The notes under the pieces were generated by a model. The model was given only the letters and a program-made list of their open reading frames with translations, did no database searches and was not told the DNA's origin. Positions 25,111 to 37,835 of a stretch of DNA of 64,000 nt are shown here, piece after piece. The DNA is from Penicillus capitatus. Its lineage: Eukaryota; Plantae; Chlorophyta. The stretch is from positions 707,635 through 771,634 of the forward strand of contig OZ287697.1 in the NCBI GenBank assembly GCA_965649825.1. Direction: 5' to 3'. The position numbers were made by a program, and so were the translations under genes. Each line of letters starts with the position of its first letter. The stretch's first letter is position 1.

Positions 25111-26632
25111 GCAACGTCCGTCTTTTACCTTCCTTCCATCGACCCAGCGAAGGTTCACGACCAGCATACGCACCTCGAGATGTAACGCACCCGCGGATTC
25201 GGCGGTTTTCCGCAGATTGAAGACGAGTCAATGACTCGACACAATCCTGAACTGCACACTTAACAGAGATCCATCTTCAACTGGTTTTTTGCCGTTTGCA
25301 GCACAGCGAAGCATGGACTGAATGTGAACACAGAACAGGTTTCACTTATTGTCAGAAGGTAGAAGAGGATCCCATCAGGAGAACATGGGATAGAGAGATG
25401 CAAAAGCATCCTGCCCTGTCACTAGGCAACAAAGTACAAGAGAGATTCGGATTCGATATCTCTAGATCGTAGCCTCTTTCATGTACGAGAGGTCGAAGGA
25501 ACCGACAACATGTCAATCCCAGTGATAGGACAGTGCCTAATAGAGATAGCTATGCTTAGACCAAATGATCTTAAAGATATCAAAAGAACGAGCGCAATGG
25601 TGTGGAACAGACGCCACGTGTGCACAATTCGCCATTCTGACGCGTGCCATTTTGGCCGAGATGTCCTTTGAGGACCTTTGCATAGAGCCATCTTTTCGAA
25701 TCTTAATCTAAGACCTTTTACAGAGTAACTGATTCCAATAGGTAACTTCATCTGCGCACATGTTCTTTGTGGATGGTGGATGGTTCGATCGTTTATCCCA
25801 CTGCGGCAACTGAAAAAGAAGATATGTCGTCTTGGTAAAATTCATACCTGGATTCTGAAAGAGATTGGAAAGCAATGCGGTCATCTGCATGATTCTAACA
25901 TTCCTTGTGAGGGTTTCAACCATGGAAGATGCTAAGCAACGTCATTCGAACGGGGAAGCCGAAAAGGTGGATCGATTTCCCGTCGCTTTAAGACTCGCAT
26001 TGCAAGAGATATATCTTGTGGCGTGGTCAGGCCATAGGTTCACTCTCTCCTTGCGACGTGGCAAAACTAGAAGAGTGCCTGAAAGCAAACAACGGCGATC
26101 AGTCTAAAGTCACTCTTAAGGCCTCAAGTGGTGTTGTCTTGTGCGCGAATCACGTCGTGCGTAGTGCCTGAAAGAATTGGCAGCATTCAAGGCATCTTGT
26201 GGAGGGGATTCTGCCTCGGAGAGTAATGCCACTGCAACTCTCTCTCTTTCATCGGTTCATGTGCGACTCCCAGACACTCAAGACGTCGACCCCGGAAAAG
26301 ACAGAAGCACAGAAAGCACTGCGTGATCCGGTCTGGCTCCCCACTTACAAAAAACAAGGCACTCAGTTTACCTGACGATATTTCGCAGGATTGCTTTTTT
26401 GTCGGAGGGCCCTGAATCACGAAGCCGTGTTCCCATCTGACCAAATGAAGAAATGGAGTTTGGTCACTCTCTGTAAGTGGGATGCCGACATATGTACGAG
26501 ATTTTTAGATGAAATTCTTTTTCTGCAAGAAAAGGCTCAATGTCTCTTGAGCGATCTGTTCTGTCCCTTGGATGATCATCTCGCGAAGAAAAGGGATCAA
26601 AAAATGTCATCCTAGACAGTGGGATGGCATCC

Positions 26633-27783
26633 TCAACTGGCGGGGCTCGTTTCGAAGCAGAGTTCCTTCAGAGAGAACCGTTCGTCGCCTTCCTCTCCAA
26701 TACAATCGTAAATCGCATCCGCTTTGCTGAAATCCTCCTCCTGTGTATAGCTGCTTCGTGTTACAAAGCACCTAGACAATCGCTCAATGAAAACCATCAA
26801 GCGAGAGGTCGCACTTCATTCCGGCAGCTTTAGCCGCTTGTACTCCGATTGCACTATCCTCGATCACCACACATCTTCCAAAAGTACATCGGGTGAAATA
26901 GGAGGAGGGGCAGTAATGGGACAGACTTTGCACGATCGACAGAGAGCTTTTCGGCAGCGAGATTGTAGATATCAGGAGAGGGTTTCTTCTTTGGCACGAC
27001 ATCGCCAGCAAAGACACGCATCTTCCCAGCCACTTCAGCACCCAACATGACCTCAACGATCTTGCTGACAGCACGTTCGTTCGAAGTGCTGCACACAGCA
27101 ATGGGCACCTCTGCACTCATGGCCTCATCTGAAACATAAACGCTTCTCACTCTTTTCGTCAGAAAGGTCACACTTATTAATCGGCGGACGCCAGGTCGTA
27201 AAGGCATGGCACCGGATTCCACCATCTCCATAAAGATGTCTGTCTTCAACAGATGCAGCGCCTTGACAAACTCCTGTCTCTCTTCTGCACTCTGCACGGC
27301 TCACACTTCGCCCAAATGACGATCCGATTTTCATCAGGTCACACCTTTAGTGTTTTGAATGGCTCCTGATCTTCGCATCCCTACTCGAAGGACAGACATT
27401 CGTCATGTGTGAGATGTAAAGAAGAAGAGATAACGGTGAAGTAACGTGTCATCCTTTCTTTCCCTCCGCCTGTCTCGAGGAGCACTCCGTAGAGTGGCAC
27501 ATCCCACACGTGATCCACTCCTGTCATCTGAGATCGCACTTTTTTGAAATTGGCGATCTATCATTGGACCTTTTCGTTTGAAGGCCTCATTGAAAGCAAC
27601 TCTGTGTCCGTCCCTCTCTGTATCCACGAGGACACCGTCGCAGTCAAAGAGCACTGCCTCCGGGTACTCCATAGCCGAAATTCGAACGCTTTGCCGTGGT
27701 CGAGAAGGGCGTTGTACTATGGGGCGCCTCTCACACACGCCACATCCTATGATGCGTCGTGAACAGGACGCGAGACAGGCCAT
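26633..27783 (-). CDS. CBBY: CbbY-like HAD hydrolase (xylulose-1,5-bisphosphate phosphatase family), plastid-targeted
   Basis: AVLFDCDGVLVDTERDGHRVAFNEAF, LRPGVRRLI, AVCSTSNERAV, GDVVPKKKPSPDIY, VIEDSAIGVQAAKAAGM, VTRSSYTQEEDF. Arg/Ser-rich transit peptide. Confidence 0.95.
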
Positions 27784-27842
27784 TGGGAAAACGATCCACG
27801 GCAAATCGGTTAGATGGCCTGGAGGATAGGTTCGACCGTTCG

Positions 27843-30198
27843 ATGATCCGGCAGGTTCCGAAACGGTGGCGACTCTCTTGTCGACGCGGTAAACGACGTC
27901 GGGAAAGCAGAAGCGTCCAATGTCGAGGAAAGAGTGAGAAACTCAAGGTCGGCCTAACACGATCGACGCTGCCCAGGCTGTCCGTGATGCTAATGCGTGA
28001 AGGTAGATTGTGTTTGTGGGGACGGAAGTGGCGCCCTGGTCCAAAGTGGGAGGCTTAGCAGATGTCATGAGTTCCCTGCCTGTCGCTCTGGCAGCACAGT
28101 AGCGTCTTCTGACAGTTTCGACCAGCATCATACTCTGCGCTCTACTGTTTATAGAGGCCATGATGTGATGACCGTCGTTCCGCGCTACAGCTCCTATCCA
28201 GAAGTGCACGACACTGGTTGCATCGTCCCACTGAAAGGCCGAATGCAAACGGAGACATCTGATGGGGTCAAACCAATAATAACACATTCGAGACTGTACG
28301 TGTTGAGGAGAGATGGAGTGGATCGCGTGTTTGTAAACCATCCGTGCTACACTCAGGAGAATGCAGATATGCAAGATGACGGAGCATCGTCAGGATCAGC
28401 GATCTACCCTTATCATCCAACAGTCGTACGACAGAAATCGCACAGTTGATGAGAGATGCTGCGTAGCTATCGGAGTCGAAGTTTGAGATCGGATACAACA
28501 TACTCTGTCAGAGTGCCATCTTTGCGCCTTTCTTGCTTTGGAAGGAGGAGATCTGGGACAGAGCATGTAACTCAGTGACAAATGAGGGTGAGGCAATGGA
28601 GAGAGATAGAGTGATCTATGTTTGCAACGACTGGCCTTGTGCTTCGCTTCCTCTCTGGATCCGGCACTATGCATCCGAGGGTTTCCCGATCGACTCGATC
28701 CCAAACAGAAAGAGACATCCGCAGATTGAGCCTCGTGGAGTCTGGGAGAAGAATCAGTTTTTCTGCCATCGATGGACGGGTGACAGCGACCGTCTCGAAT
28801 TCAGCAGAGATCTGTGTGGAGAGATCTCAGAAGCGACGACAACTTTGTCAACTGCCATGCGAGAAGAAAAAGAGAATGTGCTGCTTGACCCTAATAGCAT
28901 TCATTTGCATCGCCCGTTCCTCCAAAGCGGTCGTTATCAGGCTTCGGGTCCTGAAAAGTTGTCTGTCGCCGAAAGGGAATGGAGAGCGCGGCAGAAGCAA
29001 AGGATCTCTCAAGCCAGGTCTGTCTTTTTGATCCACAATGCAGAGTTTACAGGACCGGATCTCTCCCAGTCTTTGATCCGACTGGCTGTAGAAGCTGACC
29101 TCAGTTCCTTTCTTCCATCCAAGAGTGTGTGGCTCTACCAAACCTTCATTCCTGAAGGGGTGCTTGCAGGTCAGGCGAATTGGCTGCAGACTGGACTCTC
29201 TATGAGCAATTCTGTCTTGACAGTGAGTCCGGGGTATGCAAAGGAGCTGCAGGCGAAATTCGACGACAGCCCCTCTGGGTTCTACAAAGACCTGAAGATT
29301 AAGGGAATCATGAATGGCCTGGATACGGGAACGTGGAATCCGTCGCGGGATCCGATGCTCAGCCCTTCACTCCATTACACGCTTCATGATCTGCCTCGAG
29401 GAAAGGACAGAGCTAAACTCCATCTCCAGGTTATTTCTTGCAGCTGATGTGCTCTTTGATGAAATGCATCGGCAGAGAAAGCTGGGCATGGAGATAGACG
29501 CTCAGAGCCCACTGTTTGGTTTCATTGGTCGACTCGATCATCAAAAGGGCGTCGATATCTTGCTGACAGCCATCTTAAAATCTTTCATGGATACCCAAAT
29601 TCGCAACAGGGCTCAGTTTGTGATACTTGGATGCGGTGATCCTATATTGGAAGCTCACCTTAGAGCCATCCAAGTGACATATCGATCTTCCATAGAAGGC
29701 CATGAGTGCGTGTGTCTAGTTCTGGTTTCCTGGATGTGCCGTGGGCGTGGCATCTTTTAACGATACATTAGCACACGAGATTCTTGCAGGATCAGATTTT
29801 CTCGTGATCCCCTCGAGATTTGAGCCGTGTGGAATAGTGGGACTCGCTGCTGTGCGTTACGGCACCGTACCCATCGCCCCAGCCGTCGGCGGACTGAAAG
29901 AACTCGTCCAAGGTGTCACATCACCTCATGGCTCCATCCACTGGGTCACTTCGTGAGTACAGTGGATAGGTTTGGATTTCCACCAGTCGGTATCAAAATA
30001 GAAGACACATCCTGTGCAGAAGAGCATGTATTGCATGAGATGTCTGGTGCCGTGCATCGTGCCATTCGTCGTGCCATGGATCTCTACGGAACGGCGGCAT
30101 TTCTGCAGCTTCAGCGAAGATGCATGTATGTCGATGTTTCTTGGGATCGTCCCGTTCTTCAGTGGATCGAGCATCTGTATGCACTCTTACAGAAATGA
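27843..30198 (+). CDS. Divergent starch synthase (GT5), plastid-targeted
   Basis: Transit peptide then KLK|[20 protein letters not shown] (KxGGL), [74 protein letters not shown]. Confidence 0.92.
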
Positions 30199-30213
30199 CA
30201 CATGTCTGCACGT

Positions 30214-31326
30214 TTATGCGTATCTGCTGTTTCGCGTGGCCATGAGCCAAGGTGGCCCATGTGCTTTGTGGTGGGGACTGATTTCGACGACCGGTCCTAG
30301 ATACAGTCTCCAGACATCCAACAGAATCGTCACAAGCATTCCGGATGCCAAACTGCTGAAGATCGCCTCACCCAAAGACCATTTGACAGATGGATCTTCA
30401 TCCATACGAAAGAAGACAGGGAAGGAAACAAAGAAATAGATGGCGTAGAAGAGAGCACCCACACGATACATTGGAGCTCGATCCACAAACGAATAGTAGG
30501 GATACTAGACAGACACAACCCGAAAAGAGATCGTTGAGTGAGAGCATATGACTGTACCTCTTCAATGGTGTAGGTCTCTGCATAAGCTGCAAAGTAGGCA
30601 AAGAGAAAGACGACGATGCCTTCGCCCACATTCTGTGCCCATGAGCCGTTTCTTTGTAACCTTGTCCTTACCTGGTCACATCACTCTATCCCCTGCTGTC
30701 ATCTCACTTTTGCCTTATACTTGGCGAATGAGCATGTTGGAAAGAGTGTGATACAGACAGAAGTAGGCATGTGTGATGAAGTACATACAGATGGGCACCT
30801 GCCATGCATTCAGTCGACGTCGAAACGTTCCATCTGATGTGACAGGTACCTGGTTTAGATCCCATGTCTGCATGGTGTATGAGGCACCCAAGACTTGATA
30901 GAAGTAATGCGTCCAGAAATAGTTCCCGATGAAGCTAAAGACAGCCATCCACGCATTGGCCTAAGCAGCAGCACAGATCCTCCAATCCAATACACCTGAC
31001 GACCGAAGAGGGATGCACTTTGACCCAGTATCTCTGAAAGAACGGCTTCTCTCGATCAACCTTGGGATTCCAGATCCAAGGAAAACAGAAACAGGGCGCT
31101 GCAATGCTGAGGCCAAAGAACAGGTATCCCCATTTCGTCAGTGCCTGCGCCGTCCATGCGACAAGAGTCCGATCACCAACACATGCCAAACTTCATAGAG
31201 CTGAAAGATCACAACGACGGCCATGCTGGTAATCCAGACGACGCTGTAGGCCAAAAAGAATGCCTCACACCATCGTTTACTCGGATGGCGAGCCAGCCAC
31301 GTGCAGGATGGCCCGTTTTCTTTCAT
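30214..31326 (-). CDS. CPI1: Cycloeucalenol cycloisomerase (cyclopropyl sterol isomerase)
   Basis: WLARHPSKRWCEAFFLAYS, RYWVK|ANAWMAVFSFIGNYFWTHYF..LGASYT, AYAETYTI, GALFYAIYFFVSFPVFFRMDE, EAIFSSLASGMLVTILLDVWRL. Confidence 0.95.
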
Positions 31327-31391
31327 CGTAGAGAACACAGCGGTTAGACGCTGATCGGCAGCGTCGTTGAATGTATTGTGTGGTTTTCTAA

Positions 31392-33713
31392 ATGATTATC
31401 CTCAACGGTCGAGTGCTTTCTCTAAGACACTTTGCGCCATTGAGAAAACTTCGCAGCGTCCGACTGACGGCATCGCTGAGAGTTCGATGGCCAGGACCTC
31501 TCCACCGAAAAGGCTGTCATGAACAGATACGCTTTCCTTCACGAGAGCCTCTCACGACCTGTCCTGTGAGACCAGGTAGTCAGTCACTGAGCATGATGTG
31601 ACAGGAGGCAAAGTGTCACGATCATCTAGTGTGGATCTGTGCTGCCGCAGCTGATGGGAGTACCCGGAAAGATTCGTCCTTCTTGAAACGGATCCTCAAG
31701 CGGATTCTTTTCTGGATCTGTTCAGCCGCTTTCTTCCTGGGACTGTTCATCGCTGCGCTGCCAACACTGATCTCGACATCTCTGGGATTGGGAGCTGCGA
31801 CGATGGGGGTCAATATGCTCATGCCAGGTGGGTCTGCTTTTTGGAAGGAGGCTGTGAGGAATGCCATCAGGACTGTTGGAGGTTCAGAAGGTATCGACAG
31901 GTTGGCGCAAACCGCTTCACATCGAAGGGATCGTCGTGAAAGACGGCACCAAGAAGCTCGTCCCTGTGGTGCAGATCGAAAAGGTGACGACATCCAAGAA
32001 CTTGATCGACATCATCAAAGGCATGCCGCTCTTGGGGAAGAGCAGAGTAAAGGAATGGGCTTTAGGGGAGAGATTTGAAGTGTTTGTTCTGGGCCCCACC
32101 GTCAATGCGTTTCCAGATGATGTAGGAACGATTCCGATCCTCCGTTTCGCCAAGAAGACAGGAATCCTGTCGAAGCAAGAGAAACAGGATGATGTGACGG
32201 GCGCTGCTCTGAGCACAGACGCAGGAAACAAAAAGCGCGCGGTGGTAAGGACGAAGCATTTTGAAGAGTGGATGGTGAACACAGGTGCATGACCAGTGCC
32301 TCCAAATACACGACATCACATGGCTATGGTTTTTGTGATGTGACAGCTAAGAAAGCCAAGAAAGAGCCCAAGCCCTTGTTGCGTTCCTTTGTACAGACCC
32401 ATATCAACATGACGGCGGAGATCCGGTCCAAAGGCATTAGTATTCTGGTCAATAATGGCAAAGTCTTGGTCACACGAGAGGCAAAGTGAAGGCATCTGGC
32501 CGTCTTCTGTGATGTGACTGAGGACGGAGATGGTTAGATCCCTTGTCGGAGATTACATGCACTGGATCGTGGCTCATGGCGATGAGGATGTGCGCACCAT
32601 CTCAGAAGATCTTGATCTGAGCACAGATTGGATCGACATGTACGATGAGGATATGCAGGATCAGGATGAAGACATCGAGGCCGATCCCGTCTTGCTCAAT
32701 GTCGATTCGCCCAACATCTCGAGCGACGTGAGAGGATGGAAAGTGCAGAAGAGGCTTGAACTGGAGCGACCGGGCAAAGCAGCCGTGTCTGTGACGCCTG
32801 CCTTTTCACGGTGGGTCCTGCCCGTCACATCTGCCTTCTCCATGCCGTTTTGTGCATCAGGGAGTGCTTAGCTTTGCTGAATCCGCTGCTGAATAATATG
32901 GTGGCGATGAAGAATGGGTCGAAAGTGAATGTGGAGATGACGAGCAAGACCATGAGTTTGCCATCATCAATCGTCGATGTTCACATTCAGCCCATTCGTC
33001 TCCTGGCTGGTCCTGCGCCGTTTTGGGACTCCTTGCTCAATCTGCTTCGAGTATTGGACGAGCAAGAGGGTCATGGATGACAGTGACGTCATGTCGGTGA
33101 TGTAGGTAAAGGAGAAAGGCCTGCTGCCAGGACAGCAACTTCAGGTGTGGACATCGGCCGTCGATTGCGCCATTATCAACACAGAAACGGCCAGATGCAT
33201 TCGGTCAGACACTGCACCCTGCGTCCAATAACAGACAGGTGGCGTAGGTGTGATATGCTGTTGGGCCCTCCGAACAAAGGCGTCCACGTTGTGGTGTGGG
33301 GAGACTGTCAATTAGACACGGAGGCACTGAAGATGTGGTTAGGCATTCCTGCAGACACTCTTATGCGCATCGGCTACAAAAACCTCAGTCCAGACTACGT
33401 GCTGCCCATTCCATTGCGAGGTCGATCTCCTGTTCTCACACATCCATTGCCTCATGATGGCAACTTAGGGACGGTTGAGAATCCATATGTGGATTGGGAT
33501 GGGGCATTCAACGAGATCCAGAATCTCATGTTCAGTCAACTGATTGGCGATGTCCCTGCGGAGGAAGCAGAGGGATATGAGGGATATTGGAAAACAAGGC
33601 TGTTAACAGCTGCCAAGAAATCGGCATTGCAAACGAAAAAGAATGATCCCAAAGCATCCGTTCCCATGCAAACACATTCGCTTCCTTGGGACGATGGCAG
33701 CAACGAAGGATAG
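31392..33713 (+). CDS. Probable plastid-targeted AsmA/TamB-like (beta-groove) protein
   Basis: Transit-peptide-like N-terminus; single TM (AAFFLGLFIAALPTLISTSLG) followed by alternating beta-strand pattern (LLEVQKVSTGWRKPLHIEGIVVKD); C-terminal VWGDCQLDTEALKMWLGIP..VLPIPLRG..VDWDGA resembles AsmA-like C-termini. Family call is from memory of the pattern. Confidence 0.55.
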
Positions 33714-33738
33714 CCATTTGGCGACGATGGACGGACGC

Positions 33739-34860
33739 TTAGCGGTCGTTGTGTCTCTTGTAATCTGGCATTAGATGAGCGATGTTGCTGAGCAGCGTTG
33801 CCAGCGCATTGAAATCCAACACTTTGGTCAGGAGCCTGAAACCCACTGCAGTGCTTCCGTAGTCTGCCCAGACCGTTCGTCCAATACAGGCCGTGACTTG
33901 ATCCGGAATCGACGTTGGACTGGCCGCGAATCTCTTGAAGAAATCCAACATGTCGATCTTCTTCTGATTGTCATAGAATCGAGAGGCAATGGGCGATGGA
34001 TGGAAGACCAACACATCGATGCCGTGCGATTTGACCTCTGCTGCAAGAGAGGCACCAAACATCGAAAGAAAGGACTTGGTCGATGCATACAGTATACTGA
34101 ATGGACCCGGCATCGCACTGGCTGGCGATGATGTATACACAAAGCAGCCCTTCATTTTCTTATCCCTCTGTACAAACACAGGGGCTATGGATAGGCGGCC
34201 AAAGCGCAGACGGATAAACCATTTTGGAGAGGAAATGATGTGTGATAGACACCGCTGATGTGACATTGCAGTCTAGATTGTCCAGCTGCTGCTTCATCGT
34301 CCTGGATGCCACAGCCTCTGTCTATTCCGTTGGATCGGGACGTCATTACGTCGAATGGAAGAAACCGGTGACGAGATATCCTGCATTGCAGAAGATGATC
34401 TGCACATCGATATCGGCCGTTGCCTCGATGATCGCATTCAGATAATTATTGCCACTCAAATTCACGCCGACCTGCCCCCACAGCCACACAGTATCTTTTC
34501 CGCTGTATGACAGAATGTGTGCACGACTTTGCGGATCTGGATCTCTGGAAAGGCCGATTTCATGTCATCTTCTGTATTGTCGAGTACGGAGTCGGGATAG
34601 GCAACGATCACGACATTGAGTCCTTGACTCGCCAATGTCCACGCCAACGATTTGCCAATTCCTTCACGCACACGCAACGTCACGCCCACGTGCGTCGTTC
34701 GCGCATCTCACCCGAACTGCCACCCGTGACGAGCGCCCAACAAGCGCCGTACTTTGTTTTCAGATTCTGTGGCCGGTAAACATACGCGATCAATATCTGG
34801 CCGGCGACATACAGTCCGATATTCAGAAAGAGACAGCCAAAGAGGAGCGCGAATAGCATG
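33739..34860 (-). CDS. Membrane-anchored short-chain dehydrogenase/reductase (3-ketoacyl-CoA reductase / 17beta-HSD-like)
   Basis: N-terminal TM, WALVTGGSS|GIGKSLA (TGxxxGxG), QGLNVV, YASTK (YxxxK), HGIDVLVFHPSPIASRFY. Alternative start at 34940. Confidence 0.9.
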
Positions 34861-35210
34861 GCGAAGAATGCACGCGCGCAGTAACGGTTGACCGGGCCGC
34901 GTCTAAGGGAAAATGCTTGGAGCGTCGGTTGGAATGCCATCTAGGCCTCTATTTTCTCAGGCCTATTCATCAATGCAGGTTTCTTTGCATTAACCGTCAC
35001 TGCATCTACACGAACAGTTTCACAACACCGCGCATTACGTGCGGCATTAGTTGACTTCATCCCTTATCAGTTAAGAAGCCGCCTTCTCGCGGACCTGTGC
35101 ACCATTTTCGCATTTGAAGCTTTTAGCGCGTGGGATTCTTGACGTTTTTGGGTCGTTGGGAAGGACGTGCTGCATTTACAAACGGTTGTCCTTCGGCGGG
35201 ACCAATCGCA

Positions 35211-37105
35211 ATGGGAAGCACGAATGGCTTTCTCCTCGTCTGCATGCTCCTGCTGCAGAGCGTCGTCTTTGTCCACTCCAACTGCGACACGGAAGTGGGA
35301 TCCGGTGCGTTTTCCACTTGACGTATGACTTCGTCGAGAATTACGTGGAGAATTTCAGGAAATTGTCGGGGGTCGGGGATGACCATCTCAAAGGTGAAAA
35401 CATTTTCCACCTCAGGGACGTCCAAAAGCGGCAACAAAACGACGACCTTTAAATACGTTCACAAAACGGGCTCTGGTGCAGAAGGGAGCAGCTATTCTTA
35501 TGAAGCGCATCACACGCACACAACATCGTCTTCTTCATCGTATTCACAACGTAGCGCATCGAATACAATGAAAACTGTGAGAGTCACCGTGACCGGGAGT
35601 CCACAGTCACTGCCTAAAGAGAACACCGAACGTGATGCGGTGGCATCTCAGAGTGCTGCCTCGAACGATGGAGCCATCCACGTTGTCGAGGCTGCGGAAT
35701 TCGTAGGACTGGAAGCAGAGGCCCCTGCATCCTATGGGGAACTGGCTGAGTCCAGTTCGATGCATGATGAGATTCTGGAGGATCCTTCTAATCCATCCAT
35801 CGATTGCCCCCACGAATCGATCTCTGATTTTTTCTCCATTGAACCGGTGGTCTTCGTTGAGCATGTGTCTGCTCCCAGTCCCAGTCCAAGCGCTGAACCG
35901 GTGGCCGTTGTGGAGGTGCCCATTGAGTTCTATCCATGTGGCTATCCAAAACCGGTCCATCCGAAACAGCATGACTCCAATCCTTCTGTCCACTCCGATG
36001 TGCCAACTCAGACATATCCCTGTCCCCATAGTCATACAGAACCAGAGCCCGTTCCTCTGCCGCCAGAGAAGCCTGTATCGAGTCCTGTCCCTGTGGCAGA
36101 ACCTGTTGTATCTCTGCCACCTCCATCGCCTCAGCATTCCCCCGTGATCGAGAAGGCGAAAGAGAGTACATCTGATTCCAAGGTACTGGCCAAGAGAGTG
36201 AGAGATTTAATCGAGATGGGAAACATCACTGGACTGGCAGAGGTCGTGATCGAGTCCGACGATATCTATGGACTGAACAAGGGTTTACGGTTTTCGGATG
36301 ATGAACGCGAGGAAGCTTTGGAGAAGACAGAGCAGAGAGCAGACGACAAAGACGTCATTGTGCTCAAAGCACTGGCACAAGCAGCACTGTCGCCAGAGGC
36401 AAAGGGGAAAGTCGTCCAGTTGATGATCGTTACTGCCACAGGCCCAAGTATCCCCATCCAACATCTCTGACGCGTGCCACCCATCTGTACCTGTGCTTGT
36501 TGACAGATGGTTACAACTTTTCACAGCATCGAAGTCTGGTGGAGAGGTTTGAAGAGATTTTCGCAGACAGCGAGCTTCTCCATGAAGTCATCGATGGGAA
36601 TCCCCAAACAGTACGTTCTTGTCTGTCCTGCTAACGATGCTAGATAGGTAGTGCTGTACAGTATTCAAAGCGCCGCCTACACTGTTCTGGATGTACGCCG
36701 GTGAACAGCTATATTTGCGCCTATTGCTGGCCGAGTCAAGTTTGTGGTGCTTACTTTTGGTGCCCGGAGACTAAGCCTTCGTCCGATCAGTCGTCGAAGA
36801 AGAGCGAGACGGATAACAGCAAGACAGAAGCAGAGATCGAAGAACCTGCCGCCGCCGTCTCTGAGCCTGCTCCCAGGTCACGTTCCATAGAAGGCGACAT
36901 CGAGAGAGCAGCAGCCATTGAGGACGGCGATAAGCGATCTTCGAAATCTCACAAAACAAAATCGAAGAAGGATTCAAAACGGAAATCGAAGTCGACAAAA
37001 GGCCGCGGAAAACAGCGAAATCGAAAAAGGGGACATCACAGAAGGACTGACGACAGTCCATCTCTGAAAACAGGCTCCAATAAAAACGCTCATCGCGATC
37101 AATGA
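35211..37105 (+). CDS. Secreted Ser/Pro/Glu-rich protein with helical C-terminal domain and basic tail
   Basis: Signal peptide MGSTNGFLLVCMLLLQSVVFVHS. Long ORF 35325-36470 with PSPSPS and PEPVPLPPEKP tracts. Lys/Arg-rich last exon ending at 37105. Joining of the later exons is inferred. Confidence 0.6.
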
Positions 37106-37835
37106 CGGCCATTATTTCTTTGCTCTCCCCTTCGTATGCTCGCAACACGACGAGCACCTCATTTCATTACCCTTATCGTTAACTATTATGGTTTTGCATG
37201 TGTTTGTTCCTATTATTGTTGACTGTTGTATCAAGAGCTGATTTTACGTGCTGATGTTAAGAGTAGCTCAGCTGTCGCATTCTCACATTATTACCACTGA
37301 TCCCTATACTGCATGGATCATTCAATTTGCAGGAATGGTCCGTATCTATACGAGGCGCTGGAGTCTACGTATGGCTGGCGTCGTTGGTGTTGTCGTTATG
37401 AAACTACAAACCTTGAAATGCGAATAAACTTTTGGCGCACAGTAATGAAGCTGAAAACATGAATACTGTAGACCAGTGGTGGTGATCGTAGGTAGCTTGG
37501 CTGTTGTACAGCAAAGCAGAAACACAACCTCCGAAACAGTTTTCGCCTGTTTTCATTCCCTAACCCACCTCTGATGAAATACTGTGCTGTCTTTACTGAC
37601 CAAGATTTCATAAAGTAATAAGACCTGTATCCGGTATCGGCTTTTCCATTCAAACACACGAATCCTACTCGCAACATCGTCTTGTTATTAGATATCAAGC
37701 GAAATCCACAAACATCATCGGTCCGCAGCAACTCGTCAGATAAAAATGCATAGCCATGAACACGACGCTGCCGTGTGCTGGACAACAGATCTTTGGATCG
37801 ACAGACGGAAGGAATCCATGTCCGCAGCTGCTCGC

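Noticed and set aside
37396-37785. 129-aa orphan ORF as a TE or viral Rep/endonuclease fragment
   Set aside because: No HUH, DDE or APE-endonuclease motifs were identifiable; it may be chance or UTR sequence.
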